A stretch of DNA of 63,965 bases, counting the filler, from an uncultured bacterium (lineage in GTDB: Bacteria > Hinthialibacterota > Hinthialibacteria > Hinthialibacterales > Hinthialibacteraceae): NCBI GenBank assembly GCA_964449065.1. It is 3 parts of 3 records of this genome, joined end to end, with 100 filler letters (N's around TTAATTAATTAA, not from the genome) between each part and the next. Parts side by side here need not be neighbours in the genome. Positions count along the whole stretch, not along the records: positions 50,090 to 63,965 come from CAYVAZ010000124.1; 2 more parts are not named here. The stretch is one strand, 5' to 3'. Shown piece after piece: positions 50,181 to 59,697 of this stretch (positions are counted from its first letter, which is position 1; each line of letters opens with the position of its first letter). The notes under the pieces are model-generated. The model did not search any database and was not told the origin of the DNA. It saw only the letters and a list, made by a program, of their open reading frames with translations. The position numbers were made by a program, and so were the translations under genes.

Positions 50181-51524
50181 TTACGCTTTCTTTAATGCTT
50201 CGGCGTTGTGTTGGATTTTACGGACGGCGGCGGCGATATCCTCCATCGCCTTGCGGTCGGAGAGGAGCATGAACTGGAAGAACCAGACGGCTTCCTCGCA
50301 CAACGCGTCGTTTTCCGGGCAGCCGCTTTCCTTGAGCACATGTTCGATGTAAGGAGTATCGTATATCCGCTGATAGGCTTCGGATTTAAGCGCTTTTTCG
50401 AAGAAGGGTTCTTTGTTGAGCGGGGAGTAACCGCTCGCGCAGGGGATGCCTTCTTTTCTCAGCGCTTCCAAAAACTTCGCTCTCGGCAGGCCTTGAAACG
50501 CATCTGGGTTATAGCGCATCATGTAGAGGTGATAGGCGTTGCGGGTGGTGCCTTTGTACTCGGATGCCGGGGTTAAGCCTTTCACATCGGCCAATAGTTC
50601 ATCCAGATAGGCTGCGTTTTCTTCGCGGGTGGTGGATTCGGCGTCGAGTTTTTCCATCCCGGCCAAGAGCAGCGCGGCTTGGAATTCGGTCATACGGATG
50701 TTGGCTCCATTGTTGATGTAGCTGAAGCCATAGGTGTTTGCGCGTTCACGCCCGTTGGAATGGAAGGAATAGCAGCGGTCCATGACATCCTGCTTGCTGC
50801 ATAGAATCGCGCCGCCCTCGCCGCTGCTGAGGTTTTTGGTGACTTGAAAGCTGAAGCAACCGGTATCGCCGATAGAACCAACCCTTTTGCCTTTCCATTC
50901 GGCCAGGTGCGATTGGCAGGCGTCTTCAATCACAGCCAGATTGTGTTTTTTCGCGACGGCCATGATGGTATCCATATCGGCAACGTTTCCGCCGAGGTGT
51001 ACCGGCAGAATGCACTTGGTGCGTTTGGTGATTTTGTCTTCCAACTTCCGCGCGTCGATTTGAAAGGTATCGCGGTCGGTATCGACAAACACGGGGATGG
51101 CGTGCTGCATCAGGACAACATTGATGGTGGCGACAAAGGTGTATGGAGGTACCAACACTTCATCGCCCGGGCCGACTCCCAGCGCGTTGAGCGAGCAATA
51201 GAGTGAACTGGTTCCGCTGTTGACGGCCAGGCATTCCTTGGCGCCATTCAGTTGGGCGTAGGCTTTTTCAAAGCGGGCGGCGAAATCGCCGTCGAGGCGG
51301 CACCAGCCTTTTTCTTCAAGCACATCCTTCCACTGCTTGCGGTAGAGGCTGTTGACCTTCGGCCAGCTGGGGAACGAGGTTTCGCGCACCGGTTTTCCAC
51401 CCAAGAGGGCGGGGGTTCCGGTTTCGGATGCCGAATCAGAGTTGATCAACGGGGCAGTGACCGCCAAAGCGGTTGCGGCTGCGGTTTTTTGGATGAAGGT
51501 GCGGCGGGTTGTGGGTATGTTCAT
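50181..51524 (-). CDS. DegT/DnrJ/EryC1/StrS PLP-dependent aminotransferase with Tat-like leader
   Basis: TRRTFI leader; NSGT, EDACQSH, FSFQVTKNL..GEGG. Confidence 0.92.
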   Translation of the reverse strand: MNIPTTRRTFIQKTAAATALAVTAPLINSDSASETGTPALLGGKPVRETSFPSWPKVNSLYRKQWKDVLEEKGWCRLDGDFAARFEKAYAQLNGAKECLAVNSGTSSLYCSLNALGVGPGDEVLVPPYTFVATINVVLMQHAIPVFVDTDRDTFQIDARKLEDKITKRTKCILPVHLGGNVADMDTIMAVAKKHNLAVIEDACQSHLAEWKGKRVGSIGDTGCFSFQVTKNLSSGEGGAILCSKQDVMDRCYSFHSNGRERANTYGFSYINNGANIRMTEFQAALLLAGMEKLDAESTTREENAAYLDELLADVKGLTPASEYKGTTRNAYHLYMMRYNPDAFQGLPRAKFLEALRKEGIPCASGYSPLNKEPFFEKALKSEAYQRIYDTPYIEHVLKESGCPENDALCEEAVWFFQFMLLSDRKAMEDIAAAVRKIQHNAEALKKA

Positions 51525-51827
51525 GGTATGCCTCCAGCGGATAGCAATATTCTATAATCATTACCATATTTGTTGTTGTGAATCAAGATAGTTGGGAGGT
51601 GGTTGTATGCAAAGTGGTTGCCTTCGTCAATCTTGGGAGTTGAGTATTCGTTTCCATTTGTAGTTTTGAATAAATACACACTGCATTCGGCTGAAAACGT
51701 GCTTTTTTTTCGGCGGGGGCGACTGGTTTTTTTCAATGCGCTCTGCATACCTTAACATCACACGATCTCTTGCCAAAATATGCGGAACAGAACGTTTTGT
51801 TTAATTTCATCTGGATGGAAGAACGGT

Positions 51828-52940
51828 ATGAAGGTTTTGGTTACAGGTGGAGCCGGGTTTATCGGCTCGTTTATTGTGGATGAATTGGTGCGGAGAGGGC
51901 ATACCGTTCGGATATTTGATAATCTTGATCCGCAGGTTCATCCCGGCCGCCAACAGCCTCCGTATTTAAATTCGGAAGCCGAGTTCGTTGAGGGGGATGT
52001 GCGCGATTATGACGCGTTGAAAAAAGCCGTCGATGGACAGGAAGCGGTCTTTCACAAAGCCGCCGCTGTGGGGATGGGGCAATCGCAGTATCAGATCAAG
52101 CATTATGTGGATGTTAACACCGGCGGAACGGCGAATCTGCTGGATATCTTAGCCAATCATAAACATAGCATTCAAAAGATGGTGGTGGCGGCATCACAAT
52201 CCAGCTACGGCGAAGGGATGTGTGCTTGTCCAAAACACGGTCCCATCAAACCGGAATCCCGTGGAGAAGAACAGTTGAACGATTCGCGTTGGGAACACGA
52301 ATGCCCGGAATGCGGCGCGGTGATGCATCCGGTGCCGACGCCAGAAACGACAGCGATGAACTGCAAAGCGATCTATGCGATCACCAAGCGCGATCAAGAA
52401 GATATGGTACTGAATATCGGGGAAACATACGGTATTCCATCGGTGGCGCTGCGCTATTTTAATGTGTACGGTCCGCGGCAGTCGCTTTCGAATCCATACA
52501 CCGGGGTGCTGGCAATCTTTATGAGCCGCATCGCCAACGGCAATCCCCCCGTGATTTATGAAGACGGCGGCCAAACCCGCGATTTTGTATCCGTGCATGA
52601 TGTGGTACAGGCAAACATGCTGGCATTGGAAAAAGACGAAGCCAACTATCAAGCCTTGAATGTGGGATATGGCGAACCCACAACCATAAAAGATTCGGCA
52701 TTGATGCTGGCAAAAGTCTATGGCAAAGACATAGAGCCGGAAATCACCGGCCGGTTTCGCAAAGGCGATACCCGCCACAGCTACGCGGATTTAAGTAAAG
52801 TCCAATCAAAACTCGGCTATCATCCCAAGACAACCTTGGAAGCAGGACTCAAAGAGCTGGTTGAGTGGTCGCGCACCACCACAGCTGAGGATCAATTTGA
52901 AACAGCCGCGCACGAACTTAAAAAACGGGGGTTGGCTTAA
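51828..52940 (+). CDS. NAD-dependent epimerase/dehydratase (extended SDR)
   Basis: Likely start MKVLVTGGAGFIG at 51828; YAITK, LRYFNVYGP, RDFV. Confidence 0.92.
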   Translation: MKVLVTGGAGFIGSFIVDELVRRGHTVRIFDNLDPQVHPGRQQPPYLNSEAEFVEGDVRDYDALKKAVDGQEAVFHKAAAVGMGQSQYQIKHYVDVNTGGTANLLDILANHKHSIQKMVVAASQSSYGEGMCACPKHGPIKPESRGEEQLNDSRWEHECPECGAVMHPVPTPETTAMNCKAIYAITKRDQEDMVLNIGETYGIPSVALRYFNVYGPRQSLSNPYTGVLAIFMSRIANGNPPVIYEDGGQTRDFVSVHDVVQANMLALEKDEANYQALNVGYGEPTTIKDSALMLAKVYGKDIEPEITGRFRKGDTRHSYADLSKVQSKLGYHPKTTLEAGLKELVEWSRTTTAEDQFETAAHELKKRGLA

Positions 52941-54008
52941 TTATTCAATCGTTCCCCGCTCCAAAAAACGCAAGAGTTCGTTGTCGGTGTTTAAGATTAA
53001 CGAAGTATTTGAATCCAGTCCCGCCTCCAGCGCCTGCAATGAGCGGATGAAATGGTAAAATTCGGGATTGCTTTCAATCCCCAAAATTTGTTCTTGCCCG
53101 ACACCGGTTACTTCTTTGATAAAACCATTGGCGTAGATATTTGCCGCATCCGCATCCGCCTTTCCTTTTAATGCTTGGGCTTTGCGTTCGGCTTCGGCGA
53201 TCATGGTTTTGACGATACGGTCGGTTTCGGCTTTGATGAAGGATGCATCCCGCTCTCCCTGGCTGCGGTATTGCTTCGCGATCCGTTCCCGTTCCGACTG
53301 CATGTTTTGGAAAATGGATTGCAGGTTTTCGTCAGGGAGGTCGGCGCGTTTGATGCGTACATCCACAATATAGATGCCGAATTTCTCCGCGTCTTCACGG
53401 CAGGTTTCGGTGACTTCCTGCATAATATTATCCCGGCCGCCCTGTATGGGGACCAACTTGGCTTCGGGAATTTGGCTGCTTTCGTCTTCAAGCAACGCGT
53501 TGGTGCTGCGGATGATGTGGATAAAATTGTGTTCACCCAAAAGGTTGCGCAATGCGGATTTAATGATGCTGTCCAGACGGTTGCTGGCCACGGCTTCGCT
53601 ACCGATGGCTTGTTTGAATAAAAGCGGATTGCTGATGCGCCAACGCGCGAAACTATCGAGAATCAAACGCTTTTTGTCTTTCGAGGTGATCGGTGCCGGG
53701 TCGCTGTCATATTCAAGGAGGCGGTCTTCAAAGATTTCCACATCCTGGATGAAGGGGGTTTTGAAATAGAGCCCCGCGCCAAAATTCAGCCCCACAGTGG
53801 TTGTCGATTCTTCGGAATACTCTTGGATTTGCTCTTCGATCTCTTCTTGAAATGTGAACGGCGAGTTCCCCACAACCACATGTACCGGCCGTCCGAATTG
53901 CGTGACAACGGCTTGTTCGTACTCGGAGATGATGAATAGCGAGTTTGCCAGAATGATCAAAGCGATGACTGCAATTGCGGGAATTGTATATTTTATCATG
54001 GTGTTCAT
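52941..54008 (-). CDS. hflC: FtsH protease modulator HflC
   Basis: SPFH domain, QAVVTQFG, DKKRL..D, DVRIKRADLP, M.SERER.A..YRSQG; follows hflK. Confidence 0.92.
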   Translation of the reverse strand: MNTMIKYTIPAIAVIALIILANSLFIISEYEQAVVTQFGRPVHVVVGNSPFTFQEEIEEQIQEYSEESTTTVGLNFGAGLYFKTPFIQDVEIFEDRLLEYDSDPAPITSKDKKRLILDSFARWRISNPLLFKQAIGSEAVASNRLDSIIKSALRNLLGEHNFIHIIRSTNALLEDESSQIPEAKLVPIQGGRDNIMQEVTETCREDAEKFGIYIVDVRIKRADLPDENLQSIFQNMQSERERIAKQYRSQGERDASFIKAETDRIVKTMIAEAERKAQALKGKADADAANIYANGFIKEVTGVGQEQILGIESNPEFYHFIRSLQALEAGLDSNTSLILNTDNELLRFLERGTIE

Positions 54009-55048
54009 CGTCCCACCCCCTGGAAGGATTGCGTGGCTCCCGGAAGGTTGGGAGGGCTAATGTTCATAAACTTCAGCAAATCCTTTTGTGTATCGGAATT
54101 TAAAATCAATTTCGGTTTTCCTGCCAAGACTTTTTCGAGCGTTTCCAAATACAGGCGCGATTTGGTGATATCGGGTGCGAGCCGGTATTCTTTTAAGATG
54201 GACGAGAATCGCTCGACTTCTCCCTTGGCGTTGTTTACCCGTTCGGCATAAAAGGCTTCTGCTTCTTGCAGGGTTTTTTGCACAACCCCTTCGGCTTGGG
54301 GGATTTGTTCGTTTTTGTAGGCCTCAGCCTGATTGATGAAGCGGTTTTTGTCTTCGCGCGCGTTGACGACATCATTAAACGCGGGTTCGACCGGTCCGGG
54401 CGGCTGTGTGGTTAGCAGTTGCACTTCGTCGATCAAGATTCCCATTACATAGCGGTTGGAGATTTTTTGAATGATTTCTTTGATGTTGGTTTGAATTTCA
54501 TTTCGTCCTTCTGTTAAGGCCGCGTCGATGGCGTTGTCGCCGATGACCTGCCGTTCGGCGGATTCGGCGATGTCTTTCAGTGTGTCTTCGACGCCGACAA
54601 CGTTAAACAGATAGTTTTCCGGTTGTGCGGGGTCGATCTGATAGCGCACGATCATCTGCGATTCAATGACATTCTCATCGCCGGTTAACATGCGTGCTTC
54701 GTCTTGCACCATTCGCTGGGTATTGCTCCCACCGGAGCGGAAGCCGATTTCGATGGAGTACATGCGGGTCACATTGGGAGTGAATACCTCTTCAATGGGA
54801 TAGGGATAGCGAAAATGGAACCCCGGCCCTGTGGTGCGGTCGTATTTCCCTAAAAACAGCACCACCCCGCGCTGCTGCGGTTGCACCGTAAACCACGGGC
54901 GGAACGCGATAAACAAGAGGATTACAAACACAATGATCGCGATCGGAAGAACTTTTTTCCAGTGAATGTTGAGTTGCTGCAAATCGGGTTTCTTTTTGTT
55001 GCCCTTGTTTTGCGGATCGATTTCTAAACTTTCAAACCAGTCGGCCAT
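54005..55048 (-). CDS. hflK: FtsH protease modulator HflK
   Basis: MLTGDEN, AFNDV..AR, AEAY.N..IP.A.G, RLYLETLE. Confidence 0.93.
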   Translation of the reverse strand: MADWFESLEIDPQNKGNKKKPDLQQLNIHWKKVLPIAIIVFVILLFIAFRPWFTVQPQQRGVVLFLGKYDRTTGPGFHFRYPYPIEEVFTPNVTRMYSIEIGFRSGGSNTQRMVQDEARMLTGDENVIESQMIVRYQIDPAQPENYLFNVVGVEDTLKDIAESAERQVIGDNAIDAALTEGRNEIQTNIKEIIQKISNRYVMGILIDEVQLLTTQPPGPVEPAFNDVVNAREDKNRFINQAEAYKNEQIPQAEGVVQKTLQEAEAFYAERVNNAKGEVERFSSILKEYRLAPDITKSRLYLETLEKVLAGKPKLILNSDTQKDLLKFMNISPPNLPGATQSFQGVGR

Positions 55049-55153
55049 GTTTTCTCCCTTGTTCTACTGTTTATGGGATTGTACCGGAAATTAAGCGGAT
55101 GTGAATTGTACAAAAGGAGGAATTCTAATAATTCTTGCTTAGCAAATTCAATC

Positions 55154-56416
55154 TCATGTTTGCAGGGTGAATTGCGCGTCTTTTTCAATGACTAAAAGCC
55201 GGTTGTATTTGGCGAGGCGTTCGGATTGGGTGATCGAGCCGACTTTAATTTGGTTGCCGCTCCATCCGACGGCTAAATCGGCCAGCCAGTCGTCTTCGGT
55301 TTCGCCGCTGCGGGCGCTGATGGTGACCTGCCATCCCGCGCGTTTGGCGAGTTGCAGCGCTTGGGCGGCTTCCGTCAATGTGCCGATTTGATTCACTTTT
55401 AACAGTAACGCATTGGCGGCTTGCGTGTCGATGGCGTGTTGAATTCGGTTGGGATTGGTGCAGAGCAGATCATCGCCCAGAACAAGAACCTTTTCTCCGA
55501 TGCGTTCATTTAATATCGGCCAATGCTCCCAGTCTTCTTCCGCCAGTCCGTCTTCGATGCTTACGATGGGGAAGTGTTTTGTCCAACCATCCAGGTAGGC
55601 GATCATATCGGTGCTGTTTAAGATTTCTTTGCCGATTTTGTAATAGCCATCGCTATAGAAGTGGCTGGAAGCGACATCGACTGCCAACGCGACATCGGTA
55701 CCTGGTTCGTAGCCGGCTTTTTCGATGGCCTCCACGGCATCTTGCAGCATTTGACCGGCAGAGAGGAATCGCGGGGCCAAACCGCCTTCATCGGCGGTAA
55801 GCAAGCGCATATCGTATTTCTTCAAACACAAATCCGCAGCGGTGTGATAGATTCCATAGGTGACGGCTAAACACTCCTCAATGGTAGGGGCGGAAAGAGG
55901 CACCACCAACACGTCTTGAATCGGGACTTGAAAACCGGCATGTTTGCCCCCACTGAACAGGTTGATCGTCGGGCGGGGAAGGGTTTCGGCCTTTGCGTCA
56001 ATCATGGCGGCAAAATGTTGATATAAGGGGGTATTATCTTGAACCGAGGCGGCACGGGCAAAGGCGAGTGAAACAGATAATATCGCGTTGGCGCCCAGGC
56101 GGGATTTGTGTTCCGTTCCATCCAATTCAAGTAATAAATGGTCGAGTTCGTGTTGATGGGATAACGGTTTGTTGACGATGGCTTGTTGGATTGCCGTGTT
56201 GACGTTTTCCACCGCTTGGAGACAGCCTTTGCCGCGGTAGCGTGAATGATCGCCGTCGCGGAGTTCATGGGCCTCAGATAATCCCGTCGAAGCGCCGGAG
56301 GGGACCGATGCCTGCGCCACCGCTCCGCTTCGCAATTCGCAGCGTGTTAGAAGTGTGGGTCTGCCGCGGCTGTCTAGGATTTCGTAGGCTTGGATAGTTT
56401 TTATCTTACATGTCAT
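55154..56416 (-). CDS. Enolase paralogue with non-canonical active-site residues
   Basis: EILDSRGRPT, VPSGASTG, DEGG, SIEDG, GDDL, LLKVNQIG present, but IQD for IQE, SARSGE for SHRSGE and QSER for RSER. Confidence 0.85.
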   Translation of the reverse strand: MTCKIKTIQAYEILDSRGRPTLLTRCELRSGAVAQASVPSGASTGLSEAHELRDGDHSRYRGKGCLQAVENVNTAIQQAIVNKPLSHQHELDHLLLELDGTEHKSRLGANAILSVSLAFARAASVQDNTPLYQHFAAMIDAKAETLPRPTINLFSGGKHAGFQVPIQDVLVVPLSAPTIEECLAVTYGIYHTAADLCLKKYDMRLLTADEGGLAPRFLSAGQMLQDAVEAIEKAGYEPGTDVALAVDVASSHFYSDGYYKIGKEILNSTDMIAYLDGWTKHFPIVSIEDGLAEEDWEHWPILNERIGEKVLVLGDDLLCTNPNRIQHAIDTQAANALLLKVNQIGTLTEAAQALQLAKRAGWQVTISARSGETEDDWLADLAVGWSGNQIKVGSITQSERLAKYNRLLVIEKDAQFTLQT

Positions 56417-57425
56417 GATTCAGTCCATTCACAAATTGGTTGATCAACTCATGCATTTCCGCAGGCGGGTTTTGCATGAATGAGACGCTTAGATTTTTTT
56501 GTGTATCTTTATGCTTGGGTGTGAAATAATTCATCGTCGATCTGCCTGCCGCACGGGCCAATAAGCATCCCAAAGTGTGCCGTACACAACGCGCTTCCAT
56601 GTGAGCATCCCAAATTCGGTTTACCAATTCGAGATAGGTTTTCCAATACATTACCGCGGCATTGCCGAACCGGGTTCGGTGCGGCGGCAGAGCGTGCGCT
56701 TTGCTCAGCAAGTGTGCCATCGAGAATCCAATATCAAAGGCGGGGTCGCCGAAATGGATGACCTCATGATCGAGCAAGATCAATTGATTCTGGTGAACCA
56801 AGATGTTTTTCGGGCTGTAGTCGCCGTGGACGAGGGTTTTGTGGAGCGAGCGGGTTTCTTGGATTAATGACATTAAAAAGGGTTGGGCGCTTTCAATATA
56901 GGATGCCGGGTATTCATAAAATGGTTCTAAGCGCAATTGCTCAAAAAAGGTTTTGTCATCGAAGATTCGGGAAAGTTCATCTCGTTTTTGGAAGGATTGT
57001 ATGTGTATATTGGCAAGAAGACGAGCGAATTGCACAAAATGATCGGGGATAATTTCTCCGTTCAGCAGCATCTCTTTCCAATTTTGATGGGGTTGGGGTA
57101 CCGCTTTCATGGCGATGATGTGGTGGTCATGGTCTTCAAATATCAGAGGTACGGTTGAGCCTTTTGGCGCGAGTTCTTGCAGCCAACGTATCCCCAGCGC
57201 TTCGCGGTGCACGCGTTTGGGACTGCAAAACCAATCGACTTGTACCCGAAGTTTTTCCAGCGCTTGTTTGAGCACCCAGTCGTCGCCGTTGGGAAAGTTC
57301 AAGAGAACCGTGCGGTTGGAAACCCCGCCTTCCAACACATGAAATTTGATAGGTTCATTTGCCGAAATGCGGTTATTTTCTATCAAATAAGCGCGAAGGA
57401 GTTCTTGATTTTCGATGTCAAACAT
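56406..57425 (-). CDS. APH/choline-kinase-like phosphotransferase (5-methylthioribose-kinase-like)
   Basis: GGVSN, VLKQ, LVHGDYSPKN, LLDHE..HFGDPAFD; overlaps the enolase start; start at 57425 or 57455. Confidence 0.85.
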   Translation of the reverse strand: MFDIENQELLRAYLIENNRISANEPIKFHVLEGGVSNRTVLLNFPNGDDWVLKQALEKLRVQVDWFCSPKRVHREALGIRWLQELAPKGSTVPLIFEDHDHHIIAMKAVPQPHQNWKEMLLNGEIIPDHFVQFARLLANIHIQSFQKRDELSRIFDDKTFFEQLRLEPFYEYPASYIESAQPFLMSLIQETRSLHKTLVHGDYSPKNILVHQNQLILLDHEVIHFGDPAFDIGFSMAHLLSKAHALPPHRTRFGNAAVMYWKTYLELVNRIWDAHMEARCVRHTLGCLLARAAGRSTMNYFTPKHKDTQKNLSVSFMQNPPAEMHELINQFVNGLNHDM

Positions 57426-57726
57426 GGTTAATTTTCTGTTTAAATTAGAGTTCATTTGTAAGACGTTATATCGAAAGTGCAGGAAAATCTAGCGCTGAAA
57501 TGACCGGAGATATTTGTGGAAGACAGCGTGTAAGATCAATTAAATGAATGGGTAAGAAAAATTATACGACAGCACTTGTTTTGCCGGTAAAATTTTACTC
57601 GCATAGAAAAGATGTTGGAGTTACAATAGAAAAAGATGGGCGAGGATGAAAAGGATATAGACAATTCAATCGAATCTGTGGTAGAGTGAATGGATTTCAA
57701 AACGGTTGGATTGTTGAATCCATTAT

Positions 57727-58371
57727 TTGATCATGAACAAGATTACTTCTACATACCATAAGCGGTCAACCCGAAGCGGATTTTCTTTGGTCGAATTAAT
57801 CGTGACCATTGGGATCATCGGTATATTGGCTGTGATTGCGATTCCCAACTTTAAGAATGCCAAAGTGCGGACGGATATAGTTAAAACCTACTCAAACTTT
57901 CGGGCGCTTTCGTATTCCATCTCGCATTATCAAATCGACCAAGGCAAACTGATTCCATACAACCCCATCCGGGGGAGAAGTTTTTTGTATTTAACCAGCC
58001 CGATCATTTATTTATCGGACTTAGAAGTGGCGAGCGACCCCTTTTCAAAGACGGTGGTGAACCAAGAGGGTGCGGTTGTGAAGAATCCCAACGCGTATTT
58101 TGATTATATTCCATTTCGCAACCATTATTTATCCGCGTTTTTTGAACAGGACCGGGCTAAGCATCGAAGCGATCCTCTCCTGGTAAACATTGCCGGAAAA
58201 CAATTGCGCAATCCCGGATTCGCGCTACAGTCGATCGGGCCTTCCAAGCACTTCGGACCACGAACCTTTTTGATCGATAAAACCTACCAAATTCCCAACG
58301 TGTATTCACCATCCAACGGCTTGTATTCGACCGGTTCATTGATCGCCATTGACGGCGCGATTTACAACTAA
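57727..58371 (+). CDS. Prepilin-type N-terminal cleavage/methylation protein (pseudopilin-like)
   Basis: GFSLVELIVTIGIIGILAVIAIPNF; LTSPIIYL..DPF; SIGP; YSPSNG. Confidence 0.88.
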   Translation: MIMNKITSTYHKRSTRSGFSLVELIVTIGIIGILAVIAIPNFKNAKVRTDIVKTYSNFRALSYSISHYQIDQGKLIPYNPIRGRSFLYLTSPIIYLSDLEVASDPFSKTVVNQEGAVVKNPNAYFDYIPFRNHYLSAFFEQDRAKHRSDPLLVNIAGKQLRNPGFALQSIGPSKHFGPRTFLIDKTYQIPNVYSPSNGLYSTGSLIAIDGAIYN

Positions 58372-58404
58372 TCTCACAATCCTTCATTGCTATTCTTATC
58401 TTCT

Positions 58405-58989
58405 TCAAGGCATGGGGAAATCCACTTTGGGCCGTCCGGGGACATAGCGCCGGATCACACCGATGCTATATACACCATTAGATAAATCGTAGGGATGCCA
58501 GTCCAATGTGCTTTGCCCTTTGTAGGATGTGGTGGGGCCGTGGCCAAAAATCAGGCCGATGGATTGTTGCCGCGGGCCGAAATCGGGATTGATGGAAGAA
58601 TCGAAATAGCGGGGAGTGAGTCCGCCGTGATAGCGCAGGTCCCATGGGTCCCAGTGGTATTGCCTTTTGGAAAAGCCGATGCGCGAGTTGTCGCCGAAAA
58701 GGCTTTTGGCTTCGGCAATATCTTGAAACGGGTCATATAAAAAGCCGTTGAGGTATGCGACCGGCGTGGTGAGCCACCAGTTTTGATTGAGGTCGTGAGA
58801 ATGCGGCGGGTTGTCGTTGGCATCGAACATATATTGCAGGATGGCTTGTTCCAGCGTTTTTAAATCCGCCTGAGACCGGGCGACTTTCGCCCGTACCTGC
58901 GCGCTTAAAAAGTTCGGTACCGCAATGGCTGCCAGAATCCCGATAATGGCGACGACAATCAGCAATTCAATTAAAGTAAACCCCTTCAT
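58405..58989 (-). CDS. Prepilin-type N-terminal cleavage/methylation protein (pseudopilin-like)
   Basis: GFTLIELLIVVAIIGILAAIAVPNF; LTTPVAYL..DPF; GHGP; YDLSNG. Confidence 0.9.
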   Translation of the reverse strand: MKGFTLIELLIVVAIIGILAAIAVPNFLSAQVRAKVARSQADLKTLEQAILQYMFDANDNPPHSHDLNQNWWLTTPVAYLNGFLYDPFQDIAEAKSLFGDNSRIGFSKRQYHWDPWDLRYHGGLTPRYFDSSINPDFGPRQQSIGLIFGHGPTTSYKGQSTLDWHPYDLSNGVYSIGVIRRYVPGRPKVDFPMP

Positions 58990-59251
58990 GGTTATGCCTC
59001 CCCTATTGTAAACGTATTGTAATTGTAAAAAGAGTTAATCATGTTATAACATATTTTCGATAGTTTGGATAATGTTTTTGTAATAGGTCAGCCGTTTGAA
59101 GAGAGATTTCCCCTCCCAAGCCTGCTAAGGTTTACCCACAACTATTAACAGTGTGTGGCCCTGTGTTATGTCAGAGTGCCCATTTGGGGCGTTTTCGTTA
59201 TTTATAGCGGTGTTGCCAACAATACGTTCGGATTGGAATGAAGCGTACTTC

Positions 59252-59277
59252 CGGCTCGGCGGGAGCCTTGCCCTCCC
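59252..59277 (+). repeat. REP-like repeat family A
   Basis: CGGCTCGGCGGGAGCCTTGCCCTCCC, preceded by ACGTTCGGATTGG as at 25355. Confidence 0.85.
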
Positions 59278-59325
59278 AAGGGCTCGTGCTTGATTAAGGA
59301 TTGAATGTATTCATCCGCTTTTTTA

Positions 59326-59355
59326 AACCGCGAATAAACGCGAATGCACGCCAAT
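59326..59355 (+). repeat. Solo left arm of the GxxExxY-associated unit (family F)
   Basis: AACCGCGAAT-AAACGCGAAT-GCACGCCAAT, same 3x10-bp design as 62743-62772. Confidence 0.85.
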
Positions 59356-59426
59356 AAAGGCTCGGTTTATTTTTTCTCAAAGCGTAGGGATAGTTTGGCT
59401 CTTAATTTTATGTGAATCCGTACTTC

Positions 59427-59452
59427 TGGCTCGGCGGGAGCCTCGCCCTCCC
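59427..59452 (+). repeat. REP-like repeat family A
   Basis: TGGCTCGGCGGGAGCCTCGCCCTCCC. Confidence 0.85.
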
Positions 59453-59518
59453 AAAAAACATTGTTTGGACAACTTTTTTCGAGTACAGTATCAACGATTA
59501 AATGACGTGGGTCGATCC

Positions 59519-59590
59519 CCCCTAGCCCCCCTTAACAAGGGGGGAAACAACGAATAGCCAGCCGTCATTTTTTGACTGACAGAGTACTAG
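59519..59590. repeat. Palindromic repeat family B, copy 2
   Basis: Near-identical to 1-71; both end at GAGTACTAG. Confidence 0.85.
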
Positions 59591-59697
59591 ACCGGCGAAT
59601 CGTAAAAAATCTTCTGTCAGAGAAACTTTCAGCATAACTTGTCATTTGTTTATCCGTTGGGTATACATCTTTGTGAAACATACCGAAATAACACAGT

